From: Bugula neritina
Lineage: Eukaryota > Animalia > Bryozoa
Length of the DNA: 64,000 bases
Reading direction: 5' to 3'
Assembly (NCBI GenBank): GCA_964035545.1
Contig: OZ037765.1
Location: 806,001 to 870,000 of the forward strand
In this document: piece after piece, positions 43,846-64,000 of the stretch
Layout: each line of letters begins with the position of its first letter
Numbering within the stretch: position 1 is the stretch's first letter
Made by a program: the position numbers and the translations under genes
Notes under the pieces: generated by a model
Database searches by the model: none
Told to the model about the DNA's origin: nothing
Seen by the model: only the letters and a program-made list of their open reading frames with translations

Positions 43846-44461
43846 ACAAATATATAAATGTATATAAATATAAATATATTTATATATATTTATATTTATA
43901 TACTTATATATATTTATTATTATATATATTTTTATATAATTTTTATATTTATATATTTATATATATTTATTGTTATATATATTTTTACATGATAATTTTT
44001 TATATATATTTATTATTATATTTTTTTATATATTTACATAATATGTATTTTCTAAAATAATTTTTATATTTTTGTGCTTTATAATATTACTCTGTGATTT
44101 GAACATTTTCATTTAAAGGTTTCTTTACAATTATTAAGGAAGATTTATTGGAATTGTTAGTAGTATATAACATAGCAATTGATTTGCATTTGTTTTATTT
44201 ACTTGTAGATGACTCATCACTCAATCAACAGCTCAAGCTATTGTGTTATTTGTATAATAATATATGCAGCTGTATGTTATTTGTTTCAAGATTTGCATAT
44301 CAATGTTGATATTTAATATAATACACTATTTTTTAAAACACTTTTAACTTTTGAAACATGCTCAACTAAAATATAGTAATATAGGTCCATATTTGGTCAC
44401 AGCTAGGAACAATATTAACTTTCTTTAATTTCAGATCTCAGAGTTGTCACTGCAAACAAGG

Positions 44462-46506
44462 TCATTGAGTTATCCACAGAAGTAGTGTTGGGAAGACTAG
44501 AACAGCCACATAGCTTGAGATCTGTCTGGACATGGAGTTGGAGACTTGGGCCAGTATTCTGGTCACGTCCCACTCCACCTTCACTGGGTTACCTGAGAGC
44601 AAGTACAGAATAACTTCCAAAGGTTTTGTAAATTAGAAGTGCGCTGCATGCACTGTTGGATTGAATTACATGTTAAAACAACTAAATGATATAAAAAACA
44701 AATAAAATGTGTTTATTCTTTTAGTGTAATTCTTTGTTTTCAGGAACAAAAGTATAAATTTACATTAAATTTTAAAATTATGTTATAAACATAATTGTCT
44801 GTTTATATATGATGTTTTATATGCATGCATGTTATTTCAAAAACCTGCATTTTTTTTAACTTCTGTGTTTTTAAGTTTTTATGAATTATGCAAAAAAAAA
44901 CCTCATAAAAACAAAGTTGAAATTTATAATTTGAACAATCAATCAATCAATATCTGTATAATATTATAGTGTTGATAAATTATACGTTCGAAGTTACGGG
45001 ATAAAAAGCAGAAACAAAAAAAATTAATTGCATGCATACACCAACCATAATATGATTGATTAATGAAGTAAACCGACACGTTATATTTATTATTATTATA
45101 AAATAAAAACCTCAAATGACAAACAATTTCAGATTTACTATAAACTAAACTGTTGTTATGTTTATGCAATGATCTCTCATTAGATCATTTAAATTCAAAC
45201 AACCTTGTGTTGGGATTCAATTTGCTGCAGTGTGAGATTGACTAAAATAATACAGTACAGATGCTCAGAGTTTAGCTGCATATAAACTAACTAAAGAAAC
45301 TCCTATCTTATTGGCTGTTTCTATTCCATATGACCCGGACTTTACACTTAACTCACCTACTCCATTTGATGTAACACAAGTTACCGTAGGTGCTCCTCCT
45401 TTTAAATTTTCAAACACTTCCTTTTCAGTCAAAGTTAGAGAATCAGAGTTCCCAAGAGTTCTATTATCCACCTTCCATGTAAAAGTGTTAGGAGGCGGTC
45501 TAGAGGCTATGTAGTCACTACATGTCAAGGACACTGTACCAGTTGCGTTTAAGTCCAGAATCACTGTGTCAGTTTCCAGGGCCTCAATGTCTGTATAAAT
45601 AAGTTTGCCCTTTCATGAACATGGCTACTTAATGCAACTATAAATTAATCTATATAGCAGTAAAGTCTTAATGTACTGGAATTTTTATTATTGCACAACG
45701 ATAATATAATCAGATACATCATGACAACACACCAAATAAAAAAGCTCACTCAAGTTTATAGCCACCTTTCCTATATCTGTAAGAAACCCCTTATGAAAAG
45801 AGCTTTCAAAACAGTCTGTAAAAACTTATTCAGATGTGCAAGCAGATGTGACTGAATGTTTTTCCTTCTATCACCAATAGTCTTTACCGGGGGTTCAACC
45901 CCATGACTTTGTGCTTGTTAAACCAAACACTCTACCCCCTAGACCATGCTACCTACCTCACAACAGGATATCAACTATATTTCTGCCATATTTTTGAGAA
46001 TCTTTGCTGTTTGAGACATTAATACTTTATTCACTCACACTGAGGAGAAAACTCTCTCTCCACTGCTGGGTTATTGTTTTCATCTAAACACTTGACAGTA
46101 AATCCTTCTCTGTCTTTCTTCTGAGGTATGAATATTCCAGCAGATTCACTTTCACTCTTTATATCCACTTCCTCTTTGTTTGAGTTTATCAATACTAAAG
46201 ATAAAGCTTCTAATTTTAGCAAAATTATCATTGCTTAATAATTCCTTCAAAATTTCAAAACCTATATAAGATGATTTTTCTATGCCATGTATTAGGCTTA
46301 GATTTTGTCTGCCCAAAGATATGCAAGAAAGGTTTATATTAATATGATTGAGGATATGCTCTCACATGCTTAGCTACAAAATGATATAACACAATGTAGA
46401 AACCTAAGTCAGATTAACTTTACTATTTGTATAATTTCATTTTAATATGTTATCTGTACTATATATAACACAATAAAATATAAAACAGCTGCTCTACACA
46501 GATTGA

Positions 46507-46570
<64 letters not shown>

Positions 46571-49500
46571 TAGCTGATATGTAACTTACAGTAGGTAACT
46601 AAAACTAGCTGATATGTAACTTACTGTGAGTAAAACTAGCTGATATGTAATCTACTGTAAGTAAAGCTATAGCTGATATTTAACTTACTGTAAGTAAACC
46701 TAGCTGATATGTAACTTACTGTAAGTAAAACTAGCTGATATGTGACTTACTGTAAGTAAAACTAGCTGACTGTTGACTTGACCTTTGACATCTGACAGTA
46801 AAGTCTTCCCCTTCCACAGGAACTTGAGGTTCTGTTGTCATAGTAACATCTCCAACAGGATCTGCTCGTGTTGTACTCACAGTTGTTGTACCTGCAGTAT
46901 ATAGTTTGCGAAGCATGTTTTATATAAATATAAAACATGCAACTTCTGTGCGGTACATCTAATATATATTATACAGCTTTTAGAATTCAAACCAGCAACA
47001 AGTTGTATATCAGATCAGTTCTCTGACTAGTTTCATACACAATACTGAAGATTACTAATACTAATGACTCATCATCACTCACCAGAAGTTGATATTTCAT
47101 CCCAGAAAACCGGCCAGTTAACCAACACTTTATTATCTGAAGTAAAGTTATTGACCTTAAAGTAAAATTGTTAAACATCATATCTAATAGCTATATAAAA
47201 TATCATAATTTGTTTAGTGAAAAATGGTTATGCTTTGGTTTTGAAAAATAGTTGCTTTCACTGGAAATCAAACCCAAAACCTCTGGCTTGCAAGCAAGTG
47301 AGCTAACCATTACACTACGGGGACCACTGGGTAAACTCAGCACTACAGGTTTGAAATTAAAATACAAAAAATGTTACAATTAAAACATTAAATTTTAGCT
47401 GTAAACCAATAATTACTGAGCTCTTAGCCAACACTTCTAAGTTCATCAGATTAACTTGCAAACTGCTATAATAACTAGTTGCTACTTTTTAAGGCTTTTT
47501 TGTATACCAGAAATATTTACCAAGCCAGTCGACTGCTTCACAGCCTATAAGTTCAGAATTATAAACATCAAACTTCAGTAAGTATGTACTCGACCCATTA
47601 TGTACGTCTGCACCTCTACTCCAGGAGAACCTAACTGGTGGCGGCCGGCTGTCTACACGTTGACCACAATCCAGTTCTATTTCTTCTGATTTTTTTAGTG
47701 AAACATATTGCGATCCAGATCCAAGTATCTCAATAGTATCTGTTAAAATAGTTTCAGTGAAAGCATAATTGTTATGATCAGCACTAGTTGAAAACAAGTT
47801 GCAGATTTGTTACAAAGATATTAGAAAACAATTTAAATTGTTTTCTAATATCTTTGTAACATATGCAGCTCGTGTTCAGCTCGTGTCCAAATGTTTTATA
47901 GTTGCATTTTCATTACAATTGTAATGAAAATGCAACTATAAAATATTTGCCCTAATCAGGATTTGAACCCTTGACCTTCTGCCTACAAACTAGCACACTA
48001 ACTCTTACACCACAAAGACAATAATGTCTGATGAGTAAAGTCTACACTAAACCAATTCTTGATTGATTTGCTCTTTCTTGAGACTTATGCTGAATCATTC
48101 TATCTATAAAAGCTACAAAGACAATTCTTCTAGAAAAAAGCCCGTTGCTTGCAACAACTGAATTGTCAGCCTCAAAACGTATTAAAAACTTTAGCTAATA
48201 AAATGTTCAAAAGAACAAACTTTTTTATAAAATGATAGCAAGTTTTAAACAACTGAAATTCTCTAAAATAATAAAAGTGAAATATTTCAATAAAACTCTT
48301 TATACTTAAGGCACTCACAGTTTGGGAAGATTTCTTGAGAAATAACTGCACCAGGTGTTGAAGGGTCAAAGTTTTTGTTGAAGCATCTGATAGTAAATCC
48401 ATCTTTATCTGAGTCCTGTATTGTGTACATTCCAGTATTAGAATAGCTGTCACCTCTCCCATTGATACCTACGGGATTCTCTCCTTCTCTTATCACTTCT
48501 GAAATATTATGTGAAATAATTCTACTCTCAGAGTAATTACTAAGCTGCATTAAATGCTTATTATAATACAGGCTTTATATTCTGGTAATTTTCAGAGTTG
48601 TCTTTTCTTAGTTTCTCGGAGCATTAATGTTTTTAAACGCAAGGAGTTATGTTCTTTATTGAGTTGATTTGAACCCACAAATGTAATACAATAATAAGCT
48701 GCTAAATAAGAAAACAAATAAAACTATTCTCCTATAAATTTTATAAGAGTCAAAAATAACAATTAGTAACTATTAGCGTTATTATACTTTTACAGACATT
48801 TCACACTGAATGAGTTCTTTAAAGCACTGTATATCGAGATTATGTAGCTATAGAGTAAGCTATACTTGTTGCATACTTACCATACTGGTAGGGTGTAAGA
48901 GGACCATCATTTGTACAATCTATCTGCATATAATCCCCTACGGTGAGCTGTTTTGGGTGGTAAGACATAGCCAAGCCAGTCGGTACTGAGCCTATATATA
49001 CGTACCACAAGAATTATCAGCTAGTTACAGTTTTATAAAAATTAAATAAATTATATCAGCTACAGAGTTTCATAAGTTTAGATCAAATAAATTGACATTA
49101 TTTTATGTTTTTATAATATTTTCAAAGTGTGAAGTAATTTTTTGCGATAAATATAGAAATATCAATTTGTCGAAAGATTTCCAACACTCTTTTTAATGAA
49201 TTTGGGCGAGCAAATCAAACGCGTTGACACCCATATATACACATATATACACCCATATAGTCACAAACTAAAGTTGACTTCTGAGATTTTCTAGGCTACC
49301 TATATTAAGCTTCCAAGAAATATTTAATGTTGTATATAGATTTATTAAACTGTCATAAACAAAAAAACAGCTATAGCAAAAGTTCAAACCTAAAATTTAA
49401 AGCATGGCCCATCAAAACGAAAAAAGCGTTTATATACTATTTCCTATAGACCTACTCTTAGTGAACACAATTCTTGCTTAACTCTTTGCCATATGAAACT

Positions 49501-50261
49501 TTTACACCAAGTAACGTATATATAATTAGTAAAGAAAGATTTTATAAAAATTTATCATAGTATACATATTATTTAGATATTGCAGTATATCACAAACCTT
49601 GAGAGCTGGTAGAGGTTATACAACACATCAGTATACAGATTAGGAAGGAGGAATATCTTCTGCTAAAATTCGTATTAGTTATAGTAAGTTTATTACATCA
49701 AGATTTACTTATACACTAAGTGGTGTTATATATGTACACACATGCAGGGAGTGTTATAAAGTGCAGTTTTCATCTTAAATGTAAATTTACTTTGTTCTAT
49801 ATATATGGATATTTCAGCTTAAGATAATTTTAATCATTTATATAATATGTATATAAAAAATATCATCATTCCTGGGCATAATTAATTATTATTTTTAAGC
49901 CATTATTATTCAAACCATAACATTAATTAATTTTGGTCTAAAGTTTTAATTTTTAAACTTCAGGTTATCTTATTACAATTATAATTGTTAATGACCAGAA
50001 ACTCTTAAAGTAAATAAAACTAGAAGCAGAAGTGGTTAAACCTGTCTTAATTAAGTTGATAAATTTCAAGAAAAGATAGCTTTAAATCAACTTATAGCAT
50101 TAAGTGGTCTCAAAAACCCTCCGCATGCATGTGGTAACTTAGACCTTTATTTAATTATAATATACTAAATATATCAACATGCTGAGGCATATTATATAAT
50201 AAGTTCTTTGATTTATTATACTAACTGCTGGTAATAAATGTAAATATCACCTAACAGCCAT
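44462..50261 (-). CDS. Paralogue P2: predicted GPI-anchored protein with 4 Ig-like domains (about 433 aa), NGRGDS motif
   Basis: Exons 50261-50251, 49662-49598 ([25 protein letters not shown]), A 48991-48881, B 48498-48319, C 47739-47521, C2 47136-47083, D 46891-46751, E 46194-46039, F 45590-45357, G 44592-44462 (..VSNSMSRQISSYVAVLVFPTLLLWITQ*). Frame is open. Confidence 0.83.
46570..46768 (-). repeat. 31-bp tandem repeat of the exon D donor site (P2, about 6 copies)
   Basis: Same unit as 4125-4267. Confidence 0.9.
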
Positions 50262-50699
50262 ATATCTTGTTTCACTTTTCGGCCATAAAAGTGCTTTAAC
50301 CAATTAGTATAATCTTTTATTATTTCAGTAGCTTTTATTTCTTGAGCAACATTAGTTTTTAGTCCAGCTAAAATCTTGTTGCAGTATCATTAAAATTTAA
50401 CAACTTTATTTATGTTAAGATTCATTTTGTTGATTCAAATATTCAATACCAAAAATAGTTCAAATTCCTTAGCATAATATAATATTATTATAAATAATTA
50501 TGTAGAAAAGCACAACTTTTTGAAAAAGCTTTGGTCAATATAAATCTAAAAATGTGCATACATTTGTTTTTTTTTGTGTTTTGTGTTTAAGCATTAAAAA
50601 GCTTAATTTCTATATATATGTGTAATTTTAAACGCATAGCTAGGAGAATCAGTAACTTCATGCGTAACATGTTTCTAAATTTAAATTTTTACATCAAGT

Positions 50700-50940
50700 A
50701 TTACATCAAGCATAACGCAACGTAGAATCAAAAGAGATATCAAGTGAATGAATAATTGATAATTTTTAAGAATTTTATTAAAATATAAATTTCTATAATC
50801 TTTGTGGTTATGTAATAGAAATTTGGATGAGTGCTGGCAGGTACGTGATAGTAGTTCAATTATTTTGTTCAGAGCACATGTATATAGTATAGAGAAACAT
50901 TCCTCAACATGCACAGGCATAGGTTGTTTTTTGAGGTAGA
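50700..50940 (-). mobile_element. Degenerate Penelope-like element 3' end
   Basis: ORF 50920-50681 EECFSILYTCALNKIIELLSRTCQHSSKFLLHNHK is homologous to the PLE C-terminus at about 9150-9024. Confidence 0.55.
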
Positions 50941-51311
50941 TTTGCGTGATTATTTTTTAGTTAATTTATTTTTATACTGCATTTAAGGTTTATAATCATA
51001 ATCTAAATATTAAAATTTGAATATAGACTTTCAAATTTGTTTTGTGTTTTTCCTTATTATATTTGATACTCACGCTCGCACAAGTTTATAGTTGCTATAG
51101 GCTACCTGTGAAAAACCTCTGATGAAAAGGGTTTCTGTTAAAACCACATGCATATTATAATATATAATCTATATATATATGATATAATATTATATTATAC
51201 TTTATTCTACACAATTTTTACTCTTATACTTGTATAATATATAAGAGTGGTTTTATAAAATAAAGTGCTTTCTTTTAAAATCTCAAGTTTAAAACTGCTT
51301 TTGATAATTAT

Positions 51312-51448
51312 TCATAGTTGCTCAAGATTAGTCCACAGAAGTGCCGAGAGGACTAGAATAGCCAGGGATCTTGAGATCTGTTCAGCTACAGAGTTTGAGA
51401 CTTGAGCTAGAATTCTTTTCACGTCCCACTCTACCTTCACTGGCTCAC
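51312..51448 (-). other. Extra intact GPI-signal terminal exon (G') downstream of P1
   Basis: tttag|GEPVKVEWDVKRILAQVSNSVAEQISRSLAILVLSALLWTNLEQL*. Phase-1 acceptor, no stop before the natural one. Confidence 0.75.
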
Positions 51449-52671
51449 CTAAATGCAAGAACAGAAAATGTTCTACATCTCTGTAAATTAAAAAAGTGCT
51501 GCAGTGTTAAGTTGAAGGGCATATTAAAAAAGCTGAAAGATATAAAGAATAAAAAAATTAAATACAAATTATTACTTGCATGTAAAAAAGTGTGTTACTT
51601 TTTTTAAATTTTTATGGTAGATTTATTTGTTTATATTACTGTTTTCTTTTATTTTATATCACAGATTTGAAATTTGAAATTTTTTGGAGGAGGTCATTGC
51701 ATGTATTATAAGATTAAAACTGGCTGCAAGAAACATGTGCACACTTTTATATATATCTACTATCAATTGATGAATGAAACTTATATAAACTTAAATGTGG
51801 ACAACTTTATAAGTTTTCTGTTAATCAATGCAGGCTATTCTGCTTCAATATGATACTCTATTTGATTCGCATTAAACAGAAATAAATTTTTAAAGCCAAT
51901 TATTCACTAAACTTTATGTCTTTTTCATGCAATAATCAACAATTACGTTTTAAATTGAATGATTTTACGAGATATAATGGCGCCAAATGACAGCAGACGC
52001 ATATATCAAATTTGAAATAGTCAACTTGCCAAAGTCAAACATAATTTGTAAAACAATTTGCTCTTGTTAATTACACAAGCAATTAAGTTAACTAAATCAT
52101 AATTAGCAAAATTAAAATTAACAGCAAATAATATCTATCAATATTTTTACAACATTTTTCATTTAGTTGTGATTATTTTATTCAGTTAGTTCAAACTATT
52201 GAAAATGTTTCAACTATAAGAAAATTATGATTTAAACATGTTATATGTTTTAGATCAATTTCTTGAGATATGGTTAAAAATATTTAACAATCTTTATTGT
52301 TTTATAATTCTTTTTTTCAATAAGCATTTTTTTTTCAGAAAGGCAAAATTGGTTATAATTATTCATTTTTACTACAAAATATATGTTTACAATTTATAAT
52401 TGCTGATATATTTTGATCAGTTGTAGTCTATGATGTTGACTAAAATATACTCAGAGTGTAACTGTGTATATATGAACTTATTTACAAAACAACTTACATT
52501 ATATCAGTATTGATGCTTTCATGTTATAAGCTATAACTGTACATTGATTATCAGGAGTTATCTCTCTCATTGAATATTGCACTTTTCGTATTTAGTTTAA
52601 GATTAACTATTCATGCATATATTAGGAAAAAATAGAAGCGTAACAAGTAACACCAACTAACTCTTATACAA

Positions 52672-52710
52672 ACTCATCTATACGCCATTTGAAGATACAC
52701 AAGTTACAGC
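52672..52710 (-). pseudogene. Remnant of the exon F 3' end
   Basis: VTCVSSNGV* with the donor degraded to ATGAGT. Confidence 0.65.
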
Positions 52711-53295
52711 TAGGTATAGATACAATATAAGACTCAATAAACAATAAAACTATTAAATTCAAGTGTAATGTGAAGTAGATACTCCATCTCAGCTTTTTCT
52801 GCTCTTTTCTCTTTATATAACTCAGGAGGAATGACAACACTGAAATAATGCAGCAGAAAAATCACACAATTAGCTTGAGCACATCATAATATATTGTATA
52901 GTTAATATGTCATATACTGTTTGGGTTCTTGTTTTGAAATTTTATGCTCAACAGGTATATAGGATTGAATTAATATTTCTAGTACAATTTTCTGTGCTAA
53001 ATGACACTGATGCTACATTTTGTGGATGTATTTCTTTAACTTTTTAAGAAATTTTAAGCAAGTATATTTAATAAATCACGCTATAGGAATGTTTACTTTT
53101 AAAATTTATATTATATATTATTGTTTTTGTCTATTGATCTTAACTTCCTACTAACTGCTTTGAAAATGAACATTAAAAATCATATTTACAATATAAACTA
53201 TTTTTGTATTAAATTATCAAATCATCATTTTGTAATTTTAAAGAATATTTAAACAAACCTTTTGTTCTGCGACATTCTAACATATATATATACAC

Positions 53296-62033
<8,738 letters not shown>

Positions 62034-62504
62034 CTACATGCCAAAATAAGCATCAGTTGGAAAGTTAATTTATTATACGCTTTAAAACTTTAAATAAACC
62101 AATATGTTTTTTTGAAGAAAAAAGCTATATTTGATAGATATAAGAAAACAATATTCTCCACTTACAAACATGCGCCTTATTTTTCACCAGTTTAAACATA
62201 AAATTTGTTCATATGTATATCAACACTTTACTATATTAAGTTAGTATTATAGTTGTATAAATATAATCTAGTATAGTACAAGTAACTTCTCTTTCTTTTG
62301 TGGACTGTATATAACACTATAACTATATCTGTCTTCTAGCATTTAAGTTTAAGGTAATATTATTACTTAAATAGAAAACTAACATATGCCCAAACTTCTG
62401 TATGCATGACTATTTATTATTTGCATTTATAGCATTTGATGTGCAACAAAAAATAAGTTTTTTTATATAATTGAAACACTATAATGTAATTTTGTCAATC
62501 AACT

Positions 62505-62810
62505 TTAAAATTTTCAGTTGCTAATTTGACAGTTGGTTATAGGTGACAGTTGCTAATTTGACAGCAGTTGCTAGTTGCTAGTTAACAGATGCTAGTTAAC
62601 AGATGCTAGTTAACAGTTGCTAGCTGACAGTTGCTAGTTGACAGTTTCTAGTTGACAGTTGCTAGTTGACAGTTGCTAGTTGACAGCTGTGAGCTGACAG
62701 TTATTAGTTGACAGTTGCTAATTGACAGTTGCTAATTGACAGTTGCTAGTTGGCAGCAGTTGCTAGTTGCTAGTTGTTAGTTGACGGTTGCCAGTTAGCA
62801 GTTGCCAGAT
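62505..62810. repeat. Degenerate 14-bp minisatellite
   Basis: Unit approximately GTTGCTAGTTGACA. Confidence 0.85.
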
Positions 62811-64000
62811 TACTATTTAATAAGCATTATTCCTCAGTTTGATAAAAAAGGAATGCTTGTCAGTTACATGCTGTGAGTAAATGGGACCAACTCATTAATT
62901 TATTATACGTATATATTATTATAGTATTTTAAGGTAAATTGTCATAACATATGTATTGCAGTAAAATTTGCAAAGGTTTTAGCAACAAGTATGCTAGCGT
63001 GGACAGGTCATATTATATAACAAAATATGTTAGTTCCTCTATAGGAGATTTTGTTTCTTTGGTTATGTGAGACAATTTTATCTTTTTATTATAATTTTAT
63101 TTCAAATTTAGCTAGCCATTTGTTTCTGAAATAGTATAATATTTTTTCATATATGAGTTCTATATTTTGTACATTTGAAATTTGTTATTACCTCTATAAG
63201 TTCAAATGCTAAACATGCCAACCTAGTTGACTTATATATACATGTTACTATAGTTATACTTACATTATAATATTCTAAAATAAATTTTTCTTGACATTAT
63301 AGATTAGAAGATTTCAATATCTAAAAAATAGCTTTTTCACTTGTATATCATAAATCGAAATGAAAACAATTTCCATATTTTGTTTCTAAGGTTTTCTCTC
63401 ACTGTTCACAACTTTTATTGAGATCTTTATGAAGCAACATATTAAGTACCACAAACTCAATAATTATAATATGTAATAGATTTAATACCAACCTAGTGAG
63501 TTTAGAGCGAGTACAAACCACAGTTGTGAGTAAATTAGAAATGTGAATGGTGTGATGCTAAAATGTAATAGCATTAAATTTATTATATAATTATTACGGT
63601 TCAGTTTTATTATGCATTCACTGTATACTCAAAATAAACCAAACTTTATTTGGGCTTTAAGTTTGTGAATCAAGTTTCTTACTATATATAAAAGTATAGT
63701 AAATTTAAATTTATCTTCTATACTGATGACTGATTATATAAGCTCACAAAGATCAAAAGCTAAATTTATTTCTTTCAACTTTTTCAACTTTAAGCTTATA
63801 AATTTAGCCTAACAGCTGACGACTAATATTTAACCTAGCAACTTGCATCTTTAGCATTATATTAATTAAAGGACTAAATAAATTTGCTACATTTTAAATT
63901 TATGTTTCATGTATGCATAATATTCATCATTTATTTCAATCCAAATTTTAGTAATATACAATATAAACAATTACACCTTTTTGAAATAATTTAATTGAAA

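Noticed and set aside
63519-63557. Candidate leader exon for P1 (ttttag..gtttgt boundaries like exon 2)
   Set aside because: 39 nt, wrong phase combination, a stop in the required frame and no signal-peptide similarity.

Overview
AT-rich animal genomic DNA (species not determinable), rich in (TA)n/(CA)n microsatellites. Almost the whole window is a head-to-tail tandem array of at least nine paralogous multi-exon genes on the minus strand (P1 at the right end to P9 at the left; P1 and P9 are partial). Exons were assembled by hand from GT-AG boundaries. Each gene encodes a near-invariant signal peptide, then 2, 4 or 6 Ig-like domains each split over two phase-1 exons, optional Thr-rich linker mini-exons and a C-terminal GPI-anchor-type signal. 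The N-terminal Ig pair is highly variable and the membrane-proximal pair is conserved. Five paralogues carry an NGRGDS (integrin-ligand type) motif, and the genes show mosaic recombination with breakpoints in (TA)n runs. The introns contain tandem arrays of the exons' own 5' splice sites, three families of minimal hammerhead ribozymes in Penelope-type inverted repeats, a young RT-less Gmr1-like LTR retrotransposon, a palindromic mariner derivative, two non-autonomous TIR elements, RTE LINE remnants and tRNA-derived SINEs. All gene models and functions are unverified predictions that need RNA-seq and HMM or structure checks.
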